Positions 49,301-59,264 of a DNA stretch of 64,000 nt are shown here, in pieces (position 1 is the stretch's first letter; each line of letters opens with the position of its first letter). The stretch is taken from NCBI GenBank assembly GCA_004431415.1, contig QPMI01000159.1:62001-126000 (forward strand). Reading direction: 5' to 3'. The notes beneath the pieces are model-generated. The model had not been told where the DNA came from and did no database searches. It saw only the letters and a program-made list of their open reading frames with translations. Position numbers and translations under genes: made by a program. Source of the DNA: Cyanophora paradoxa CCMP329. Lineage: Eukaryota > Plantae > Glaucophyta.

Positions 49301-51153
49301 CGATGCCGGCCTCGGCGGTCTATACGGGCGGAGTCCTCATCAAGGGCCCGAAGAGCAGCTACGGCGAAGCAGAGACGTGCCTGACGAACTTTGATGCCGA
49401 CGGGGACTCCAACCTTCAATTCACCCCCTGCCAAACCCAGTACATGAATCTCATTGGCGAAGGGACCACTGGAATGGCCCGAGGTGCGCGGCGATCTTAC
49501 AAATTTCGTTCGATGCTCAGGCCTGCATGCTTATCGAGCCGCGAATTTTGCTTCAGTTGGAATCAACCCGAACCAGGTTTGCACCTACAGGGCGTCGAGG
49601 CGCGCGCGCGCGGTTTCCCACAGCGCACATCTGTTGCGCAGATTTGGCATTTGCGCGAGCCTACGAACGCCGTCAGCCTCTCTTCGAACCAGCAGAAGTA
49701 CACTATCTTCAATCATGCCAGTGCGCCACATTTATCGAACGCAATCGCAAATATACAACCGCCGACACATTTAATACTTACCGCGCAGCCGGCAATGTTG
49801 TTGAGGCGTTGGGTGCGAATCACGAGCTCTGATTGTTTTTTCTGACAATTAGGTTCCGTATCGCGAGTCAATTTGGCATGTGCCGATCGTGCCGTGCACG
49901 CACGTGCAGGTGGGACCGATAGTTCGCGCACGGACATTGGAGACATTCTATTCGCGAGAACAAGCACGTCAACGCCAGGCAATAACCAGGTCGTGATTGC
50001 GACCACGGTCGCTGGAATTGACCCATCGCAAGTGCGTGCCTGCTTGCGATTGCACGAGCTTATTTGCGATCTTGGCTGCCATCATTAGCAGAGATATCGT
50101 TGCAGACTGCTAGATGATCATGAGCCGCGTATTTTCCGCAGCCGAATCTCCAGCTCTCGTTCGCGGACGATCCGTCACTTTGCTTCCAAGGCGGGCGGAT
50201 GTGCGTGCCCAGCGCTAGCACCGTGCTGGCTTACTCATTTAAATCAAATATCTCGCTTGCGCATCGACATCCATTTATTGAGGCCTCACTCCTGCGCGCC
50301 AATCTGCCCGCAGGCAAACGTGTGACGCCTCCGTAAGTAGCTTGGGCTTGTCGTCGCTTGCAATACTTCTTTGCGCTGCCGCTGACGCTGCGCTTCGGCC
50401 CGTGCGCGCGTGCGTGTGCTCAGGTGGAGGCGCAGCTCTCTGCTATCGAGCCAGTCGTCGCGCTCCAAGCCCCGAGCTCGACAATCCCGCCCACGCTCTT
50501 CACGCAGCCGTCCAAGACTTTTCAGCAGCTGGAGGACGAAGGTGCGCGGGGTCCGGGGGGGCCCGGGGGTGCCGGGGGCGGGGGGGTGCGGGGGGGGGGA
50601 AGGGGAGGGGGGAGGGGAGAGGGGGGGAAGGGGGGGGAAATGGGGGAAGGGGAAGGGGGGAGTGGGGGGATTTCTAGATTTAGACGGATCTGGGCTGGGT
50701 ACCGCGCGTACGCCTGCATCCTACACTATATAGCTACTGTGCCCGCAATCACGCACGCGCACGTGAAGGGACAGCGCGGCATAGCTACGAGCTCAAGTGC
50801 ACGCCTGAGCCGGAGCTCGCCGCTGACCTCCGCCCGTGCTCCGATGCGCGTTCGCAGTGGCGTCTGTTTCGGACGACGAAAGCGCCCACGACCTCGACCT
50901 GTCGGAGGAGCTTGAGTTCGAGGTGCGATACATATGGATGCGCCTCCGATAGTTCCTGCTCTTGAGAGCCGATGATAGTTCCGGTTGTTGAGAGCTTGAT
51001 TGTGATATATCGTGATCGCGACTCGTCATCTTGAGTGAGCCGATTTTGACGGCCTCTTTGAATTAATCGCAGGGCGATGCGGGACCGGCGGCGCACGGCT
51101 CGGAGGCTGCGCTCGCGACCGGCCACAGCGAGGCGGGCGACTTCGTTGGCTAG
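43311..51153 (+). CDS. Large multi-exon protein: Thr/Ser-rich N-terminal half plus three ricin-B-like (QxW) lectin repeat units
   Basis: Roughly 35 GT-AG exons; the junctions I checked join in frame. Three units: GACLTAAGGDSGTQATFQDC..NPNQ|LW, NLCLTAMDSGEVTFAYC..DPSQ|LW, ETCLTNFDADGDSNLQFTPC..NPNQ|IW, each followed by a Y/F-N exon and an (L)SFAD(N/D)PxLC-type motif. Stop TAG 51151-51153. Confidence 0.7.
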
Positions 51154-52730
51154 ACGTCGACTTGAGCTTCGACTTCGACAGCCCGGCCCCCGCTCATCGG
51201 AGCTAGCTATAGAGCGGACATCGCTTCTTCGAAGCAGCGCGCAGATCTACCTATAGACGGATGTAATTGATAACAAGTCGACGTCTAATATTCTATTCAA
51301 CAAGCGCAATATATATAGACAACGGTTGGCGGCTATCTTGGCTGAATAATTAAATGAAAGGAGGATCACGACAGGGGCACGATCGCGAGAGCCCTCAAAG
51401 CGCAGAAGATAGGCCTAAGAAGAAACCGAGAATGAGTTGAGATGACAGAACAAGAAATGACACTCACAATTGAACTAGAAGATCACACTTGAAAAAGCAT
51501 GCGCACTATGAGACGACAAGACAGAAAGAGAACGTTAACTGCAGAGACGACGAATCGACGCCAGGTACAGAATGCAAATTTCAAGCAGGCTTCCAGGAGG
51601 GGTGAGGCCTCTCGGCCCCACCGTTCTTTATTGGTAGGTCACGGGCCTCCCCACCGCTCGAAGGATGGTCGGGGGCCCCGGCCTGATGGGGTCTGGCGCT
51701 ACGCGCCGACAAAAAGCTACGTATATATATACCGGGGAGACTATGTGCCGAGGCAATAGGGGGAGCTGGGGTCCAGGGGAGGAGGCGGGGGCGGTTGAGC
51801 TGCTACTGGGGAGCGTTGACGTCGACGTTGGGGCGGGGTGGGCCGACGATCGCGAGGAAGGCGAGACCGCGCAGGACCGCAGCCTTCAGGCCCTCCTGGT
51901 CGGGCGCCTGCTGCGGCGCCGGACACTGGGGCTTAAGAAAGTCTGTTTCCCGGGGGAAACACTCGCATGTTACCCTATAGGTTGGAATGAAGGCTCGATG
52001 CTCCGGAGCCGCGCCGGTGGGGATGAAGCCCTGCAGCTTGGAGGAGCCCCAGGAGGGCGGCCGCCATCGGGGCGGGTTGGCCATGGGTCAGGTCCGGGCC
52101 CCGCCCCGCGGCCGCCGATGAGGCCGCATGCGCCGCGGCGGGCGGCGCGGTACCGGTGTCGTCGGCCGCGCCGGCGCCGCGGGGGCGGCGCGCGGGGGCG
52201 GAGGGGCTTTGGACCTCAGGGCCTCATGATCATGATCATCGAAAACAATATAGCTATAGCATTATATATATATAGCTAGCTATCTTGAAGAAAGAGAAAG
52301 AGAAGGCTACGAGCCTGAAGAAAAAAACAGAAATCGAAATCGAATGAGATGTCTCAAATATTAATGTTTTGCAATGATCATGAGCGCGTGGGCTGGTCCC
52401 ATTCCAAGGCCTCGTACCCCCCGTGCGGCGGGGGTGGCCTCTAAGGCGGGGGTGCGGGCGGGCGGGCGCCGGCGCCGGCGGCGGGCCAGGCGGGGGCTGC
52501 TGGGCCTTGGCCCAGTGGGCCGCCGGGCCGGGGCCCGGGGCACCTGGAAAGACGGCGCCGATCGCGAGCGGGCGCCTAATTTATAACTGGCAGTAGGGGT
52601 GGGGCTAGCCCGCCAAAATTTTGGCTTAAGCAAAGTCCAAGTCTGAGCTATCGATCGGGCTCAAGCCCAAGCCAAGCCAGCAGCCGGCGGACTCAAGCCC
52701 GTTTAAGGCTTGCCGGCACCGGGGCGATAT

Positions 52731-52886
52731 CGATCGCGAGGTGATTAATTGTGGTTTTATTTATGATTAATTGACTTAATACTCGGTTTACGTTCATATT
52801 ATAAATTACCCATGCATAAATGCTTGTTTAATTAGTAAATATGTTAATGCTCGGTTAAATGTTACCCGTTCATCCCGATCGCGAGG
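52731..52886. mobile_element. AT-rich ~135-bp insertion flanked by an 11-bp direct repeat (putative TSD CGATCGCGAGG)
   Basis: CGATCGCGAGG at 52731-52741 and 52876-52886 brackets a sharply AT-rich segment. No convincing TIRs. Confidence 0.5.
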
Positions 52887-53024
52887 ACCTGCAGCTGACG
52901 TCGACGAGTACTTCAGTCTTCAGACCATGGCCAGAGGTTGGCACAACTTGGCAGGTTGCACAGCAACTTGCACTGCCCCCGGGGCAGGACTGTTTATTCA
53001 ATGATTGATCCAATGATTAATATA

Positions 53025-54822
53025 ATTCCTATCAAGCTCGAAAGTCCGGGGGATCCGATCGGAGTCATTCGAATCGATGAGGCGAATCATTTTCATGCGA
53101 TCAAAATATCCGACATCGATCGGATTATTTTCGGATATCGATCTAGACTCCGACTCATGCATCAGCCTATGACTTGCATAAGATTCTGATGATAAGAAGC
53201 GCCTACTACTAGGCTACTAGTAGCCTTCAAGGCTTGCAAGGCTCGATCGCCGATCGCGCGATCATGGCTGCGCATGCAACTGGCTCCGAGTGGCTCGGGC
53301 CTGCCACTGGCCCACTGGCTGCCAGGAGCTCATCATCTGGCATATGCATGGCATTGCATGCACGGTGATGCACCGTCAATTCGCCGTCAAACGTGAGCGC
53401 GCGGGGTACATCACCGTACGCACGCGCCGTGCATGCCGCACGCGTTTTCGTAAACGTACACGCAGCTATAGGCCTATAGGCTGCTTCCTCACCTGCCCTC
53501 GTCATTCTTCCTCGCCCGGCTCGCCGAGTCCGACGGTCGTTCGAAGTCTCACGAGGCGCATCGCGATCGGCTGTAAAGGCTTAACTTGACTCGGTGAGCC
53601 GCATGCGCAGCGCCCTGCATGCGAGCGTGGTAGCTATAGCTAAAGGAAACAAGCACGAACGGTGCATCGTCCGACGGTCGATTTCGCGCCCTAGGCCTGA
53701 TCGATATACCATGATTATGAAGGCTTGAATTTAATTTGACCGTATATATGCGTGTGTATACGAACACGTACATGTACATGTACATGTTCCGAACGCACCG
53801 CACAAAGCGGCGTCGGCCGTCGAAGTTCGGGCCAAGCTTAAGCAACAGCGCGCGATATAGCCAGCGCGTGCTGGGGTCGAGCTCGAGCTCGCCGAGCCTC
53901 GAAGTGTAGAAGGCGCATGCGCAGCCCACTAAAGCTCCCTCGCCGCGGCGCAGGATCAATCCTGATCTACAATGGCGACGACGATCTACAGCCCTTCTGG
54001 CTTCCACCGGTGGAACACGTCTCTGATCAGCGGCGCGGGCGGATGGGAGCTTCGGCCGCAGTCCGAGCTCCCTCCTAAGCCCGTTTCGCCGGGGACGGTT
54101 TTCGGCGAAGTAGCATTTAACGGATGGACGTGGAACGGGGCCATGTGGACTCCGCCGTACCCACCGCGTACGTCGCCCACCGCCGACGAGCTCCAGGTGC
54201 GATTTGCAATTGACCCGCGTTGAACGATTCGACGAGCTCAAGAATTCTCGCATGATCATGAGCTCGCGCATGCAGGCGTGGTTTAATTCGAGCGGAGGTA
54301 CTAGTACTGTTGTAGCTATTTCGACGGACAAGACGACGTTGACTTTGACGTCGACGGACTCCACGGCGCCGAATTCGACGGACAGTACTTCGACCGACTC
54401 CACGAGCTCGAGTCCGACGAACACCACGACCGCGACTCTTGATCAGGATCCGACGGACATCACAGTCCTGCAGCTGCAGCCCTGCGACGAACTCAACGCG
54501 TCGCCCGGTGTCAAGATCGAGGCCGTGCGTCTAGATCTCCCCTTGAATTATATATATCAGTGTATAGTGCATAGATAAACGGCGAGCTTCGTCAAGCGGC
54601 CGCGGTTGACGCCTCATGACCAACGCCGGTGCCGCAGGGAGCGTACGAGCTTCCTTTTACGGAGGTCGGCTCTATCCGCGTCGACTCGGCGGTCTACAAT
54701 GGCACCGGCCCGTACACGGCGCCTGGCACCAAGACCCAGCAATACACGTGAGCTCTTCATCATTCATAATCATGGCACGACCATACTAGTACAAATGAGA
54801 ACCTGAACGTGCGCGTGGCTAG
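53025..54822 (+). repeat. Tandem segmental duplication of about 42011-44266 (upstream region and first exons of the ricin-repeat gene)
   Basis: Shared attcctatcaagctcgaaagtccg, gatcgccgatcgcgcgatcat, the 5'UTR intron acceptor and homologous coding exons. Confidence 0.9.
53972..54822 (+). pseudogene. Paralogue of the 43311 gene (first three coding exons) interrupted by the Polinton-like virus; may continue beyond the element
   Basis: MATTIYSPSGFHRWNTSLISGAGGWELRP..; exon 2 ..PCDELNASPGVKIEA; exon 3 GAYELPFTEVGSIRVDSAVYNGTGPYTAPGTKTQQY. Homology stops at the acceptor gtggctag (copy 1: gtggccag|ctatacc). Confidence 0.75.
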
Positions 54823-55252
54823 GTAAAAAAAAGGAGATAGTGTGGGTTCCAGCCCACCCACCTCTTTCTCACCCCCACCCCTCCAATCCCACCAAAACCA
54901 CCCACTCCAACGCCTTCCCAACCACCACTTCCAGACACACTCTCACAACGTCTACCACCCCCACCTCTCCAAGCCAACCAAACAGCATCCGCTAGGTAGT
55001 ATCTAACGTCTAGTCCGATCGATCTTGCAAAAGATATAGCAGTGCTTTTAGACGGGAGCGTCAGCCAGAAGGCTTCCTGCTCTTCGAGCCCCAAAGCGTC
55101 GGTCTCAGAATCATCTTCAACATCATTTAGACGTTAATTGTGTGTACTTTGAATCTAAAAAACAAAGAGGTTTCAAGGTTTAAGCTACACGTAATTACTA
55201 TATCATCGAAAGCTAATTACATACTCGAGTTCAGGTTCTAGCTAGACGCTAA

Positions 55253-55885
55253 TTATTCCCAACGATGACGTAGTCCAAGTTTAGTGAAACCACTTAACAA
55301 TGGTTTGTATTCGATCGACGGCCCGACAGGATCAGCGCTGCTAGAGGCGATGCGCAAGATCGATGTGTTTGCTACAGGTAATTCGCTAGCATTCTCATCC
55401 ACCTCGGGGATTGCGACGATCGTCTTAGCAGGAACAGCAGATGATGGAGGAGAAAGCTTTTTTTCAATTTTGGTTTTAACAATCGGTTCGTTTAAAATCT
55501 TGTTTTCCATTTTAGTCTCAACCGCTATACCAGCAATAAGATCACCAGCACGCTTCTTTGAAATTGTTTTCAACCCAGTCACTGTTTTTATGAAATATCT
55601 GCTACGATTACCAGTCTCTGATACATACAGCGGACCATCGTCAGTATCCTTCAGTTTACTAGTTTTGCTTTTCTTTGTCCGCGAATTTGGGATCTTATCT
55701 AGAATAGCGTTTTCGTCAGCAGTAAGAGCAAAATCGATAGATGCTCCCTCACCACCAGCTGTCCGACGAACTAAAGGATAAGATTCAGTATCACCGCTCA
55801 AAAATTCAATATTATTCTTTTTATTGGGTGAGTTTGTAAGTTTTCTAGAAGCCGCGCCTAAGAAGCCACTTGTGCTCCGCACCAT
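55253..55885 (-). CDS. Viral hypothetical protein (210 aa, Lys/Ser/Thr-rich)
   Basis: Intact ATG-initiated ORF downstream of mCP on the same strand, with AT-rich upstream sequence. Confidence 0.6.
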   Translation of the reverse strand: MVRSTSGFLGAASRKLTNSPNKKNNIEFLSGDTESYPLVRRTAGGEGASIDFALTADENAILDKIPNSRTKKSKTSKLKDTDDGPLYVSETGNRSRYFIKTVTGLKTISKKRAGDLIAGIAVETKMENKILNEPIVKTKIEKKLSPPSSAVPAKTIVAIPEVDENASELPVANTSILRIASSSADPVGPSIEYKPLLSGFTKLGLRHRWE

Positions 55886-55947
55886 TTGTTTTAAATAAGG
55901 AACAGAAAAAAGTCGACAGACAAGCCAAGCGCATTCGCGAAGTGAAA

Positions 55948-56823
55948 TTAAGCAAAACTGCGATCAAACGGATGAAACTCACTATCTGTGTTTCTGATTG
56001 ACGAGCGAAGTGATGCCTTTGTGTATGAAGAATCTTCAATTTCGAACTCGATAACGAATGAGAATTCAGTGTTAATAGCTGCAGTAAATCCATTAAAATA
56101 ACGTATTGACACATCAAGTTGCTCTAACTCAGAATTATGATCGACGGAAACAGGAACACGTTCATCAGATGTATATTTGATTAGCTCTCCAAATTTTGCA
56201 TCGATATGAATCTTTGCCAACGATGTGTTTGACCAGTTATTTATGGTGTGAATCGAACCACGAATCTGATCGATATGTAAGAAGAGATAAGTATGGTAAA
56301 GAAGATCAACAGGTATATCGCCAACGATAGCAAACGCATAATCAACAGCATCAACTGTGATTGGAGTATCCAGCTGTTCTGCGGAATCTGTAACAGCCTT
56401 TGTGAATCCGAGCAGATTTGCGAGTTCAAGAGTGGAAAACGTTAGAGTAAACTCCGATTCACACAAGATGGTGATTTTCATTGACACATCATCAAAAACT
56501 GTTAAGAACTTTCGCTGGTAAGTACTCCCCAAATAACTGTATTGTTGCGTTTTCAAAAGAACATTCATGTAATTCGTAAGAGATGTTGGTGTGTATGATC
56601 CAGCTCGAAATAGGTTCGATCTGGTTTTAATGACGTTGCTAGGATCGAGCGTAATGGTTGTTATTGAAGCATCAGCAGCAAGATTATACATATTATGAAA
56701 AAGTTCTAGCGATTCAATTCTAGCCGACTTCACGTTTGCTAACGCCCGAGGTAGATTAATTTTGAAATTCGAGGACATGCCTTCGAACCGATCTCTAGAA
56801 TCAACATTTACGCGGAGTTTCAT
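55948..56823 (-). CDS. Minor capsid (penton) protein, single jelly-roll
   Basis: N-terminal VNVDSRDR..SSNFKINLPRALANVKSARIESLE..MYN and C-terminal LEQLDVSIRYFNG..NTEFSFVIEFE match the PLV/NCLDV penton pattern. Confidence 0.85.
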   Translation of the reverse strand: MKLRVNVDSRDRFEGMSSNFKINLPRALANVKSARIESLELFHNMYNLAADASITTITLDPSNVIKTRSNLFRAGSYTPTSLTNYMNVLLKTQQYSYLGSTYQRKFLTVFDDVSMKITILCESEFTLTFSTLELANLLGFTKAVTDSAEQLDTPITVDAVDYAFAIVGDIPVDLLYHTYLFLHIDQIRGSIHTINNWSNTSLAKIHIDAKFGELIKYTSDERVPVSVDHNSELEQLDVSIRYFNGFTAAINTEFSFVIEFEIEDSSYTKASLRSSIRNTDSEFHPFDRSFA

Positions 56824-56864
56824 CTTTACAATATACGTGAAAATATTCTGTAATATAATATCAA

Positions 56865-58094
56865 ATGGCGCAAGCAGGAACTACTCTGAAAGAGCTCCTA
56901 ACAACCAAAGGATCGAACGAGCTATATCTATCACCAGGTCTAACTGTCGGTGTTAGTCCAAAGTTTAAGCCTTTCCTTGAGACGATCCGTCCGCGAGGTA
57001 ACTCATACGGATTCGCACAAACTGCCGCTTTCGATCTTCCGCGCAAGCAACTTCTAAACGGTGTTTCCCTATATTTTAAGGTCACAGTCGCTGGTGGAGC
57101 TGCCGCCTCGGTACTACCAAATGGAGCTGGTGCATTTATCGAAAACGTACGCTTTGTTCATGGTTCATTCAAGATGGTGATACCCGGAGACTGGCTTACT
57201 GTGAACGCGCTAATTGATAATAGCGTTGCATCCGCCCAAGCTTTTGCTAGCAGCTACGGCTTTGGAAAGGACGCTGCTCTTGAGATTCTCGATGCCAGCC
57301 GTGAGTACGTGTTAAAGATCCCATCACAGCTTTGGGACAATTCATATTTCCCTCTGCTAGCACTTGCGGATATGCCAACCGTCGAGATTGACTTCCGTTC
57401 GGCTGGTGTGATTGGAACTGTTGCTGATGCTATTGCGACTCTAACGGATTGTGCCCTGGTTTGTCAGTTCGTGAATATTCCGTCCGAAGAGGCAGAGTCT
57501 ATGCTAAAATCTGCGAACGAGTCTGGCGGTATTAGAATTCCCTTTACTGAAATCATTTCAAAGCGTTCGAGGCAACTTAAGACCGACGACGCAGGAAACG
57601 CGGTTGAAATCTCGCTTGCTAATGTCAGCGGTCTTGTGCACGCAATTTTGATGACCGTGCGAAATGCGAATCACCTGGGCACACGGAACCACAATTCATT
57701 TGCTGGCAATGGTAACGCTTTGAAGATTGATTCGTTTGAGATCATGCACAATAATCGTACTCTAGACATCAGCAATAAGCCAATCTCTGGGTTTGTTTCT
57801 AGCTGCTATCACATTCCAACTCAATACCGCGGCGCAACCACTGGCAATTCAGCCCTTGGCTTCGAGGACGGAAATGTCTATGGGATTGTGCTTTCGAAAT
57901 CTGGCAAAGACTCACTGCATAACGCTGTCCTCGGCTACACAGACTTCTTTAATTCCAGCAGCAGCTACTGCTCGCTAACTGTGACCGGCTGCACAAACGC
58001 AGCGCCAGCAGTTGTTGACTTCCACGTCCTGCGTCACAATGTTCTCGTAATTAACTCGTATCAAATGTCAACTCTAAAGGTAAGTAACTTCTAG
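56865..58094 (+). CDS. Major capsid protein (double jelly-roll), Polinton/PLV type
   Basis: 409 aa, beta-rich (FDLPRKQLLNGVSLYFKVT, FIENVRF, YFPLLAL..VEIDF, VDFHVLRHNVLVI); lies between the penton and the ATPase. Assignment relies partly on context. Confidence 0.8.
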   Translation: MAQAGTTLKELLTTKGSNELYLSPGLTVGVSPKFKPFLETIRPRGNSYGFAQTAAFDLPRKQLLNGVSLYFKVTVAGGAAASVLPNGAGAFIENVRFVHGSFKMVIPGDWLTVNALIDNSVASAQAFASSYGFGKDAALEILDASREYVLKIPSQLWDNSYFPLLALADMPTVEIDFRSAGVIGTVADAIATLTDCALVCQFVNIPSEEAESMLKSANESGGIRIPFTEIISKRSRQLKTDDAGNAVEISLANVSGLVHAILMTVRNANHLGTRNHNSFAGNGNALKIDSFEIMHNNRTLDISNKPISGFVSSCYHIPTQYRGATTGNSALGFEDGNVYGIVLSKSGKDSLHNAVLGYTDFFNSSSSYCSLTVTGCTNAAPAVVDFHVLRHNVLVINSYQMSTLKVSNF

Positions 58095-58799
58095 ATGGAT
58101 ATCAAACTGTTTGATCCTACAGAAATAAAACTGCCTAAACGGTTCTTGTTTGTCGGCCCCACCAACTCGGGCAAAAGCACCTACGTAAAACACGTATTAA
58201 ATGCAGTATCAAATCAACTAGACGATATTTACGTCTTTAGTACAACAGCATTTACTGGACAGTGGGATGATACGACTCGCAAGAGCAATATTTACGAAGA
58301 ATGGGATCCGGTTTCGGTTGAGAGTCTTCTAGAGCGTCAAAAAGAAAGACGACGCAAGAAAGATGATCGCAAGATTGCAATTGTTTTAGACGATTTACTT
58401 GACAATGACCTAGTAAATGTCCACAGTGACAGACTCATGCAAAAGCTATTTACTTCTGGCCGTCATTATAACACCACCCTTTTCATATCGACTCAACGTC
58501 TTTGTGGCATCAGTCCGACGATTCGGCGAAATTGCGAATATGTATGCTTTTCGTCAATTCTATCGAATATTAAAGAGTTCGATTGCGTCTTTGCCGAATA
58601 CAACGCCGGAGCGAGTCGAGCAGTTTTAATGCGTCTTTTCCTTGAATGGGGTCATTCGTATCAGGTTTTGATATTTGAAGCCGCGACCGTGGACCGCGTC
58701 TACTCTGTTGATAAATCTTCTGGAGATTTTTCGGCTCTATTGCGCTTTGTACACGCAAGAAAGCGGCCCGGTCAAAAGCCGGTAACCAATCCTGTCTAA
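58095..58799 (+). CDS. A32/FtsK-like DNA packaging ATPase
   Basis: Walker A GPTNSGKST, Walker B IVLDD, LFTSGRHYNTTLFISTQ..ISPTIRRN; ATG immediately follows the MCP stop. Confidence 0.93.
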   Translation: MDIKLFDPTEIKLPKRFLFVGPTNSGKSTYVKHVLNAVSNQLDDIYVFSTTAFTGQWDDTTRKSNIYEEWDPVSVESLLERQKERRRKKDDRKIAIVLDDLLDNDLVNVHSDRLMQKLFTSGRHYNTTLFISTQRLCGISPTIRRNCEYVCFSSILSNIKEFDCVFAEYNAGASRAVLMRLFLEWGHSYQVLIFEAATVDRVYSVDKSSGDFSALLRFVHARKRPGQKPVTNPV

Positions 58800-58966
58800 G
58801 CAACCAAGCTGTATATTCTGGACGTGCTGAGGCAATCCACAAATATGAGGATCCTTTGTAAATGCCAAAGCTGATGCAGTGGCAAGGTGAAAGTTGTGAT
58901 CTACCCGGCCAACATATTTCTAAATCTTCTTCAATATCCATCAAAAAGATAAAGGGTGTTATTCCT

Positions 58967-59215
58967 TCAATTAAACCGTGATTTCGATGTTTGATCTTTA
59001 TAAGCATCTTCGAATGAATCATAATAACCGATTATCTTCCTGCAACCATTGATTTTGGTTTCTGCTTTCCATTTATCGGTTCGTTTGTCAAGGGAAACAC
59101 GGACATAGTGGTTGGTGGGTCGGTGGATTCTCCTCCGGCAATGTTTCAGTAGAAGATACTCAATGTGTTGCTGGATTGCAAAGGCAACGTATATCGGAAG
59201 GTTGATATCGGTCAT
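58967..59215 (-). CDS. Small protein with AP2-like DNA-binding motif (start uncertain; open frame extends to 59344)
   Basis: YVRVSLDKRTDKWKAETKINGCRKIIGYYDSFEDAY matches the AP2 pattern (Y.GV...K..KW.A.I...G....LG.F...EEA). Confidence 0.55.
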   Translation of the reverse strand: MTDINLPIYVAFAIQQHIEYLLLKHCRRRIHRPTNHYVRVSLDKRTDKWKAETKINGCRKIIGYYDSFEDAYKDQTSKSRFN

Positions 59216-59264
59216 CTCTGACTTTTTCGTTACATCTACAGATTGCAATATATTTATGGCATAT

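Noticed and set aside
51580-52230. Possible retroelement 3' fragment on the minus strand (AATAAA near 51627)
   Set aside because: No RT or endonuclease motifs, poly-A tail or TSD visible.
54819-55094. 91-aa minus-strand ORF at the virus end
   Set aside because: Non-ATG start and it runs through the low-complexity terminal tract.
58570-59022. 150-aa minus-strand ORF overlapping the ATPase
   Set aside because: It overlaps the ATPase antisense by about 230 nt and has no motif; it cannot be supported as a gene.
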